A DNA stretch of 64,000 nucleotides, taken from positions 32,001 to 96,000 of IMG/VR virus record IMGVR_UViG_3300036770_001342, one strand, 5' to 3'. Shown here one piece after another: positions 22,701-34,700 of this stretch. Numbering within the stretch: the stretch's first letter is position 1; each line of letters begins with the position of its first letter. The notes beneath the pieces are model-generated. The model ran no database searches and was not told where the DNA came from. It saw nothing but the letters and a program-made list of their open reading frames with translations. The translations under genes and the position numbers were made by a program. Source of the stretch: a virus.

Positions 22701-25700
22701 ACGGTCATTTACATTTAAACTCGTAGTATTTTGAACTATGATTTGATTTGATGCATTGATACTTAATGCTTTAATACGTACAAATTCATCTGTATCACTG
22801 ATTGTAAAATTTTCTTTATCTAATACGGCACTTACGAAATAAACAACGTGTTCTTCAATTCCACCAAACACATTTCCAGTAAAGACGATTGGAATACCTG
22901 TATACAATCCCGTTGTACCGCCAGTGCCTATTTCAGTTAATGGTATAGTTACAACGCTGTTAGTTGAGTTGGTTGCAGTAACATTTCTGATTCCTGGATA
23001 GTATGTAGAAATTATAGCAGTATCAATTACTTGTGCTGTATAGCATTTCAAATTGGTTGCTGATGAACTATCACCTACATTATATACAGGACCGTATTGA
23101 GTTGCACTGATCTTAAATTGTGTTTCATTGATAATTTCATTAACATAATAAGTAGTACCGGGTACAATTAAACTTGTACCGGGTATACCAATAAATTTAA
23201 TTGGCATACCTATTGTGAAACCAATTGTAGAACCGCTTGCATTTTCGGTTATTACATCAACATCTAATGTAATAATATCAGATGAACTAGTATTAGCAAC
23301 CGTACGCTCAAACTCTGACCAATCGATTTCGCGCTCATTATCTACATTTACTATAGGCAATACTAATCCATCATTACTTGCAAGTATTGTATTGATTGGT
23401 GGTAAGGTTGACTGCAAGTCTATGCTTGAACTACTGACATTTTCAGTATTATTATAGGATCCTGCAAAGAATGCGCCATAGAATGAGCCAGGAACCCAAT
23501 CAGTTATTTGACTCTCATAAGTTGTTCTATCAAAACGTAATGTAATATTATTTTCACGTATTGGATAACTTGAACTTACTGCACTTGCTTTTGCACCCAA
23601 TTCAAACTTATGATTTGATCCAGTACCTTGACTATAAATTTCAACTCTGTTTTGATCTCTTAATGCGTCACTATAATTTGCATAAAGAGCCAAAATAGTT
23701 AATGGGCTGTTACTTAGTACGTTAATATAATAATATTGATTGTTTTCTAATCCACCAATATTTTCACCAGTTACATTAACATAACGAACTAAATCGCCTG
23801 TCTGCAATGCTGGTGCATACAATTCTATTGTACTTTCAACTGCTGTTACGTTATCACTAGTAAATGTGAATGTTGCAGCAGGGTCGATAACAATATTTGG
23901 TAATGCTGCATATCCAATACCCGGATTAATTACATTGATTCCTACTACGGAATCTAGACTCATAACTGCTTCTAATACTGCTTCTTCTTTAGGAGCAGGA
24001 TATTTTGTTAAGTCTATTTGAGCCAATACTCTAGGAGGATTGCTATATCCTCTACCACCGTCTAATACTACAACAGGAGGCAAGTCAATGAACACGTTTT
24101 CACCAGGAATGTGATCATATTCTGGTGTGCCATTTAATCCTCTTGTCAGACCAAATAACGTATTTGTATTGGTATCTACTGAACTATAGCCGATAATCTC
24201 AAAGCGGGATGGATTTTCAACGTCTGCTATTTTTATTGTTCCATTAATAGGGAAACCTTGAGCATTATCTACAATTAAGAATGTTGCTCCAATTGGTAAG
24301 TAACTAGCAGTTTCAGTTATTAAATAATTTTCTTGACCTACTAGGCTTACACCGTAGTTGTTTCTCCACTCAGTATATTGTGGTAATTCCCAAACTGCAT
24401 CATCTGGTAAAAACTCATCTTGTTGATTTGGATTACTGTATACAAGTTGAGGAGTTATAAATGATTGTGTAGCAGAGTCATATGCTGCTGGTAGATCAAA
24501 GTCAGTTATATTTCCTTGATAGATATCTTCGCCTGTATATTCAAATAAAAATTCTTTAATTACTACGTGATAAGGTTTAACTTCATTTACATAGCCGGCT
24601 AAAAACTCTTGATTATCAGACTTGAAGTTTTGTAGTGGAACTAATTCACGTATTTTATGTGAAACATCAACGAGTGATGTTTTGTTTAACCACGGCAAAT
24701 AGTTTTGATTTTCAACCGTTTCTGTCTGGATATATTCAAACAATAGAATTAATGATTTGTTACGATAGATTAATAAATCATCGGTATAAATCTGTTCGTT
24801 TAACGCACGAATAATATTGCGTGTTTCTCTACTTGGATATTGATCATATGGGGTAGTGCCATAGAAGTCGTCACCATACCCTGTTTGACCTTCGCTGTAA
24901 TCCCAAAGTTCAGTTTTAAATCTTATAGTACCGTTCTGTAAACCAATTCTAGTCCAAACATTGTTTTCATCTAAGCGATAATATTCTGTAAATCCCTGAC
25001 TGTTTTGATTTACTGCTACAATTGTTCCTGTTGCTACAGTTAATGTAGAAAGATCGGCATAAAATTCAACTTGTATTGCCGCTTTAGTATTATCATTATA
25101 GCCCGGTGACCACCAATTTACACGTTCCCAATATAAAGTAGTGTCATAGTAATCTCCCTTTTCATTTAAGAATGAGATTAAAGGTCTTATTTCAGTGATA
25201 GGGAATAAACTTAATACTGTATTGGCATATTGCAAATAGTTTTGTAATGCGGTATAACGATCATAGAAGAAACTTTGACGTGGGCGCGCCAATACACCAG
25301 TTTGTACTAATTTTGGTAAGAATGGATCAGGTAATACACCACCTTCTTCATCTACCCCTGCTAGGCTATCTAATAGTCTGTCATACAGCCCTCTTGGTTC
25401 AAAAATACCTTGAGTTGGATTTACAAATCCTGGCAAGAAATCGCTTGCAAAATCCTCACGTATTAATTGATAAGACTGATGGCTAGGATCGTCATTTTGA
25501 CCATTGCTATAACCTATATGTAAAACACTTTCTTGTGCATTAATATACTGCTGACTGTTATACAATGCAAATACATTAGTATCAACAGGAGCAAAGTATG
25601 TAATACCGGAACTGATAGGGCTAGCAATATAAGCAGCAATATTAACATCTGCTAAAGTTTTATTACCTAATACTAAACCACTATTACGTACCCAAAAATA

Positions 25701-28700
25701 GTATATAGGTTGTATAGTGTTAGAACTATTAATTATTGTTTGTACAGTATAACTATTAACATCTCTAGGTGTGCCGGGACCTTGATATTCAGTTGGTAAT
25801 ACATTACTACCTACCCATGTATAAACAGCAACATCACTTCCCGGGAATAACGTACCCCAATATTTTGAATTGTAAACATTATCATTTTGATGATAATTTA
25901 CAAATCTCATATTAGTTGTGTCTAACCATATTGTACCTGTTTGTTCTGCGCCCCAAACAAAACCACTTTGTGTATTAGTTTCGTTATTGTATGTTGCTGG
26001 ATCAATATTAGATATTGTATCAATATTTTGTCTTATAGCACCTAATAGTTTACCTTGCAATGGATCAAAATAATCCATATTAATCAATGTTTGATTATTT
26101 TCAGTATTGTAGATTTGAATGTTTTGAATTCTATCAATATCAACAATAGGGTTAGTTTGTCTATATACTGACCAGTTAGGTATACCTAATTCATTAATGT
26201 ATACAATTACTTGACCATCTATGTCGTCTGGACGATAATTTGGTGTACCGATTATAACTTTGTTTTCGTTGAAATCTAACACTCTGCCATAATATGGTTG
26301 TGAGCCGTATACTTGATCTTTTGCGTTTACGCTTTGAGCGTAAGTATACGCTCCTATGTTATTTAAATTCTCTTCGTAATTTGCAAGATAATCATACATG
26401 TATACTGCGCCAGCATTTGGGTATGAATCAACAAATTGAGTAGCATTATTATCAAATACTAAATCGTTTGAATAATCATCGTCATCAACAAAATCAAATG
26501 TTGTTTGAGCATATCTAGTTCCGCTTGGTGCACTAATTACAACAGAATTACTTTCGTTAAATGCAACAGCATAACCAAATTGTGTTGGACCTGTTAAATG
26601 AGGGCACTGTAACACTTGAGTTTGAGTATATAATGTTAAACCCAATTCTGTAAATGTTGTTAGATCAGTGGCGCTTAATAATAATTTTTCATTTAAAGTT
26701 GCTAAATTTTGATCTATTACAGAAATAATTAGTTTACCATTTGAAGATACTGCTTCAATATTAGTAATTTTTGCTTGATTAATTGTAAGTGCTGCCAAAT
26801 CACTATCGCCGGCTGGTAAAGTTACAAGATAACCATTAATTAATAAGTCTCTACTAGTTGTCAAATTTACATTTTCTGTACCAACTACTATACCAAAACG
26901 TGCACCTGCATTAGTAAATCTATATGCAGCACCTTCTTCATTTGTGCTGTTAAGAGCAAAAGGTGCACCTACTATAATTTCATTACCGAATTTATTTGTA
27001 TCTAATCCAGTACCAAACATAACTCCTATTCTTGGATTAGTTTCCGTTGTAAGAACTTGTGCGAGGTTAAAGTTGCAACTATTAATTTCTAATATATCAC
27101 CTGCCTTTAATGTGCCGGTGTAACTTAAACTTGTTCCTACAATTGTATATTCTGTATTACTTACGATTCTACCATTGCGATAAATGATTGGATCTTGACT
27201 TCCAGTTGGTGTAAATGCAAGTGTAAACGTTGATGGAGTTGAAGTTGAGTTTTCTTGAACTTCAAAATTTTGAATCATTCTATTGAATACGTAGGCTCTG
27301 CCCCAATTTTCTGTGTTGACATCGTAATCGTACTCGGGTGATCCAACTACTACAACATTTCCGTAATAATTAGTTGCAATTACAGAACCAAACTTGTCTG
27401 GGGTAATTTCGGGACTTTCAATTGTAGTTACGAACTCATAATCAATATTAGTTGCAGTTCCCGTGCCTGTTGCAGCAATGCCGTTATATACAAAATATAT
27501 ACCAACTTTGTTTTCTACTGCACCTAATGCTGTAAAGTCTGTTGTTCCTAATGCGGTAATTTGATAAGTTAGGCCTGTCGTTAATGCGTCTGCATTTACA
27601 ATAGAATTATTTCTACGATATGCATGTACTTTATTTCTTATGTTTAATGGATTTGTGTCGTAATCGCTAACGTACAACCAGTTAGCGTCACCTGACATTG
27701 CCAATCCAGTACCAAAATTAGTTGAACCAGCCGGTGCTGATAATACTGTGCCAAAAATTTCAATGTCATCTGTAATTGTAGTATCATTTACATAATAGAA
27801 ATAAATTGTTGGATCAACTGTTGCTTGCGAAATAGCATAAACATTTTGAGCATAAGCAATATTTGTACCAAAACTTACATCATTTGTAATTGTTTGATCT
27901 TGCTCATAAACTTTATTCAATGCATCATACTGGAATCTATAAACATTGCCTGTGCCTGCATCACCAAACAAGTAATCACCTTTGCTTGTAAATGCAACGG
28001 AAGAACCAAATGTTACGCTATTTTCAATAGAAAAATCTGCATCGTATTTGTAATTAATACCCTTACGATATACTGCCCATCCGCCATCATTATTGAGATC
28101 AACCCATGCTGTATTTTGAACAAATTCTTTAGATAATAAATTTAAATTTTGAATATCGCTAGGTTGATTTACACGCTGTGAACTAAAGTTATAGGCAATA
28201 CCTTGTCCTGTAACTGTTCTTACACTATTACTTAATACTAATGGTACAATAACTTGATATGGATTTACAATTTGAGTAGCAACATAATATCCATTAACAC
28301 TATTGTCAAAGTTTATAATAGCAAAAATATCAAATTGATTTAAGTTATGCGGTCTATCAAATACAATAGTAGTAGTACCGTTTAAATTTGCATTTGCTTC
28401 TATGACTTGAGCAATTACATTAGGAGTCATTACCTGCCATTTTGCTAGATAATTTGCTATCCAAACATAATCACCTACGTAAAAATCATTAATAGGAACA
28501 ATAATGCCGTTTTGATTTACCCCTACTGATAATTGCTCAAAGAAGTAAGCACTCATTTTTACATCGTTGAAATTTACATATCCTGCATCCGGAAATACAG
28601 TGCTAGGAGTATATTGACTAATAGTTGGTAAAACATTTGAATTGTTAACTGGTTGTCCGTAATTTGTTAAACTATATAATGGGACTACTTGTTGTGCTCC

Positions 28701-31700
28701 GGGCACAGTTTGTCCGGTAGTTAAACCTACGATACCAGGATTACCTGTTAATAAATTTTGATTGAGTTTAAATTCTATAAAGTTGTTATTAAGAACACCG
28801 CCAAATGTACCGGACATGATTGCCCAGTTTTCATAGATGTTATAATCTATACCACCTTGAGGTAAGTTTGCGCCTTTAAACACACTCAATGCTGAACGAG
28901 TACCTTTTTCTTTAATAAAGTTTTTATAAACATTTACTTGAGTAATGTCAGTTAAATCTGCGCTTGCCATGTAAGGTCTTGATCTAAAACCAATCAAACT
29001 AAACGCTACTTGATCACCATCTTCTTCTAAATTTGCTTCATTGGTATTATAATACAATGCGCTTTCGTAACTGCGTGTACTACTATTTGGTAACAGTCCC
29101 TTTTGTATTTCGTTATAATCTGTCTCTTTCCATTCAGTTTCTTTAAATTCTTTACTTGGTTGAACTATTGTTAATGCTGTAAAATACTTGTTTTTAAATT
29201 TGACAATAGCACCCTTAGTATATTTTGTATTCTCGCGCCATTCTTCAATATTATCTTGGTTATAAATGAAACCACTAGCAAACATAGTACCGTTCCATTC
29301 GGCACTCTTAGTACCTTGCAGGAATATACGATTTTGCTTTAAGCCAGATATTAAGTTATAAACAACATCACCGAATATAGTAGTATTATCAAAAACTATA
29401 CCATGTTCGATATTACTTAAATTAAATTGTCCATACGCAATACTATCACCTACGTTTAATGCAGACACACTAAACAAAGTACCATCTCTTACTATTGATA
29501 AGTCTTTTGATTCTATAGGATATAAGTTTTGATTTAATACAAAGTTTGTTTGTCTAAATGTTAGTGGTTGGACAATTTGACTTTCCTTGTCAACAACTAA
29601 CGTATTTGCAGCAGGGTTAAGTGTAACAATGCTCCCTACACTCCAACCTACTTGAGTCCAATATAAGAATTCTGCAACCATCTGTTCCCAATTAATTTCA
29701 AGACCAGATTCAATGATATCAAATTTGGCTCCTATAGACTTCAAATAAGCACCATAACTCATTAAAAACTGTGAAACTTCTTGTGCTGTATAAAATACTG
29801 TGCCGTATGGTATTAATTTAACTGTGCTAGAATAATCATCAGCAACTTTTACAGTTTGATCTTCTACTGTAATAGTTTTACTGTTTGAATTAATAACAGG
29901 TGATAAAGTTTTAAAGTAGTTAGTAGTTTGACTATTACCAAATATTTTATAGCCTTCTGATGTAAGTTGTACAATTACTGCGCTATAAACTAGTTTATCA
30001 TATGGTTGATTTTCATATAACAATATCTGATAACTTTCATCAGGAATCAATAGTGATGAATTTTGAGATCCGGGTGTTCCTTTTTCAACAAAAAACTTCA
30101 ACAATGTTTTGTCACTAAAACCTGCAAGACGATATACTAATCTTACATCTAAGTTAGTTAATAAGTTTTTAATATTTGTAGTAGCATCAACGCCTAATTG
30201 TTTTTCGTAATCTACGATCCAATTAATGTAACTAGTTTTTGCGGTGCCATTACCATAAATTTGTACATCTTGAGGAACTAAATGATTTCTGTCGTCAATT
30301 AAAAATTGATTAAATTCTTGATTGTATTTGTAGTTGTCAATGTCTACGCCTAAATTGAAGAAATTAGCAGGCTTCAATAATGCTTGCAAACGCATTAAAT
30401 CATATGGCCAAGTTGAACTACGACGATAACTAAATTCAACCGGTCCTACATCTCCTATAGTCCAATCGCGCTGGAATGTGTTTGGATTATAATTACCTAC
30501 TAATGCGAATAATGGATTAATTAATTCACCTTGATCATTTACAGGTAAAATGTTTAATAAACCCGGACGCTTATAGATTTCGATCTCAATAGGATCGCCG
30601 TTATTCCAGTCAAGACCATTTTCCATATCTTGCCATAATATTAAGTTATCGCTAGTATATGGGGCAGGACCATAACGTGTTTCCCACCATGCTGGCTTGT
30701 TAGCATAACCTATCATTTGCCAAGGAGTAGCGTTAGGTGTACTTGTATCGAAATAATACAAATATATACCGCGCCAGTTACCCTGCTGTACTATTGTTTT
30801 GTTTAACTTATCTCTGCTATTAGTATAATTGTATGTGTACTCGTTGGTGCTCAAATACAATTGAGTTTTATAGTCTAATCTGTTTTGTCCTACCCAATCT
30901 AAAAATGTTGCGCTGTACATGTTTAACCATTCATCATAGTTAACAGTAGAACTTCTAAAATAACCCGGAATAATATCTGCTGCTTGAATTGGAATAGTGT
31001 TGCTTAATTTTAAGTTATTGTAAACTCTAGTTTCAAATTCTAGTAATACTTGATCTCTATAATCAATTAATCCCAATACAGGATCATAATTTCCATATAG
31101 TTTTGTGTAGGAACCGTCGTGACCAACAATAAAATAAGTTGGTTGATTATATGAATTATCTAATACTACTTCTGGTACGCTTGCAGGATACAAACCTAAT
31201 TTAGTAGGAGTATTAGGTATGTAACTTCCATAAGTCTGATTATACTCTTTAATAATAATCTTATCGCCATTAATCAAATCTTTTGTTACAATTAATGAAG
31301 GAGTATCAGTGCTTATAGTATAGTCAATATTCTTAATTAATTGTTTAGTTACAGTAGTACCTTGCAGTTTAGTTTCCAAATATACTAATACACCATCATA
31401 ATTGGCTGTAGTAAAATTATAAATTTTGCTTAGTGGGAACGTGGTTGTGTCAATATTATTAAAGAACGTATAGGTGTTAGTTATAAACGCTGCCTTATTT
31501 GGTATCATGTCTGACCAAAAGAAAGGCATCTCTTGATTTTTTACGCTTGTAATTTCGTCTAACGCTTCATCTAATAATGCTGATGGATTGTATCTTTGTT
31601 GCCAATCGATTTTGTTAGCGGTTTCTACTAATAAATTTTTAAATTTTATATATTCTCTGCTATTATACAATAATGAGTCAAATAAACTATGTTCCGCTTG

Positions 31701-34700
31701 ACGTAAAAATGCTCCAGGCAATACTAAACTTGCACTGTTTTGAATAATTCTGTTTCCCCATGGAATAATATTACCTAAATCTCTAGTATTGTTTGCACCA
31801 AATACTTGACCTGTTGTATTTGGGTTGTTGTAGAAAATACTCTGATAATGACCACGAATATCACCGATGTCAACTGTTGTTACATCAGAATTGAATGGGT
31901 TGTTACTTAAATTGATAGGTATAGAATAATAAGCATTCTGACTGGTTTGATTGCTTAAAAGTGCAACTTGAATAACTGTTTCAAACAGTGCAGGAATCTG
32001 CACTGTTACATTTGTGAAATTACTACCGTGTTCTACGGTATAGTCTGTATCAATAGTTAAAATATTATTGTTATTGTAAACTTCAATGCTTGGCCAAATT
32101 GTATTTTCGACGTTAAGTTGCGCTATATCACAGTTGACTGTATAAAAAATAGTATCGCCTTCAGCAAACTCAATAGTAGTATCAGGAGTATATTTAAATT
32201 CAAATATTTGATATTGTACGCTAGGGGCAACAGCCGTTTGCCAACCAATCAATCTTTCAAAATCTGTTCTACTAGTTACATTGTAAACGTATCCAGTATT
32301 AACTTTTTGAGTTTCGGTAACATTTTGTTGTATACCAGTTACATAATTAAACGTGTCTACGTTAAGAGCAACTTCAAACGTAATGTCGCCTACATTATTA
32401 ATAGAACTATAACTAATTGGAAACCCTAAAATGCTATCATTGATACCTACGCCTGGTTTGTATCTTAATAAATCACAGCCAATAAATGTTGTAGATTCGT
32501 AAAACTCTTCGTTGCCAAAACTAATACCATTTTTATCGTAAACATCAAATTTTGGCGGTTGATTAATTGTTACTTTTTGTTGTGCTTGTATAAAGTTTTC
32601 GCCGTCGTAGTAAAAACTTGTACCCTGATAATTTTGACCACGCAATACAGCAAATTGATCGTTGGCAAGAATTTCGCCATCTAACGCTTCTGTTAGTGTG
32701 ATGATTGGATATGATCCGCTAATTGTTTTACTATAGTTTGCAACATAAATTTTATTTTTAAGTAATGGAGTACTTTCATTTAAAAATACAATTCTTGCGC
32801 CTGGAAATAATAGTAAATCACTATTATTTTTACTATTAGCGACAAATGATATTTCTGGGCTTGTAAATGCAGGCGGAACAATTAAACTTGCACTGCCCGG
32901 AATTATTGTAGGTAATGGGTAAAATACTGTTATGGTATACGTGCTTGTACCTTCAATAGACAAAATTCTAGTATTGGCAGGAAGTTGACTTTGATTATAA
33001 CGTATTTGATCATTGATATACATACCAACTGTCAAATTACCAACAACTTCATGTGCAGGTATTGTAATCGTAGTTGCTGTTAATGAAAGTGAAGTGCCGT
33101 TACCTTGAGTCGCTAATCCTGTACCTACTGCGGGAGCAGTAGCGACAAATGTTTCTCCTACGTATGGAGTAGGCGATGCTCCTATATTTTCCCATAATGT
33201 AGTACCTAATTGTGTAATTGTATAGGGGATGCCTGCTATAATTTGATTTGAATTTATTTCGCCGGTACTTTGTGCTACAAACAATGTCTCTGCTGCCTGA
33301 CCCCCGCCAGAACCTACAATTTCCCCCGAGTATGCGGCTGTAAAAATTGATCCTATGTTATATGTAACACCTATAGTACCTGCTATAGCGTTCCAATCAG
33401 TAGTACCTAATGATGTAATAACATATTCAATGCCCGGTACAAATTCACCCTCAACAAAAACTTTGACACCTAACGCTACCCAAGCAGCAGGTGCGGTAGT
33501 ACCAATACTAGTAACTCTATATTGTTGTCCTATTAAAAATTGACCTTGTGTTACAGTTGGGCTTGCATTAATTGTTGCTAATGATGAATAATTTGTATAT
33601 GTTTCAACGTCTGGATAATATGCTGCTTCTCCTGCTACAGCAGAAAATGCATCAGTTGTCCTTGTGTCTACAAAGTCTACGCTTGCTTTTGCAACAGTAC
33701 CGCTATTAAACAATTTTAAATTTGGATAAAACTCAAGTATAGGTCTTTTTGCTTTATTTGCAGAATTTGCAAATGTTGTTAAAATATTAGGGTCATCATT
33801 ATATTCTGCTGTCGCTTTAATCACATCACTGTGGAACCAGCGGTTACTACGTGACCAAGCATTTCTATTAATGCTATTTCTTGCAATAGTAATATAATCT
33901 GGATTTTCAGGTATAAACAGTGCAGCATCAAAATTACCAATATCAAAATTTGTAGTATCATATGGTAATGATGTTTCTGTAGTAAAACTTTCTGGTACTA
34001 CTAAAGTTTCTACAGGTATTAGTTCAATTGCTGTACCTACACCCTGAACGTAATATTGTCCAGACAAATAACTTGTTGGAATAACGTCGCCATCAAATTC
34101 TACTTTAAGTCCATTAGTAAACACTACACCGTTAGTAGAAGTAAAATTCTTTTGACCTAATATTTGAGTGTTTACGTTTAATGTATTAAGCGAATTACTT
34201 TCGATTAAACGTATTACCCCTACCTTGTTAGGATTTGTACCGTCTTGATAATATAATGTATCAAGCGGTGCTGAAATATATGGATATTGTTCTATAAATC
34301 CATCTTGATTTTTAAAGAAATTTAATCCGACATAAGCAGTACCAAATTGAGCAGTAATTTTTTGTTCAGTTGGTATTAATCCACTTATTGCAGGAGTTAG
34401 TTTAATAACCGGATCGTTAATATCTCCTACATATGTAATTGTAAAGAAATAATCATTAACGTTGACATAAAATCCTTCTTCGTATAAACCTTCATTTACT
34501 CTTACGGTCATTGATCCCGACGCTGCCGGTCCAGGAGTAAATGTGGGGCCATTTAGTGACTGGCTTATTGTAATAGTGCTGTTACTAGGATTGATTGTTT
34601 TTACATAATAAATGAATGGATCATAACGTTTTACCTTACCTGTACCTGAAATAGGACCGGTTGATGTAAATATTTTTCCATCCTGTAAATCATATACATC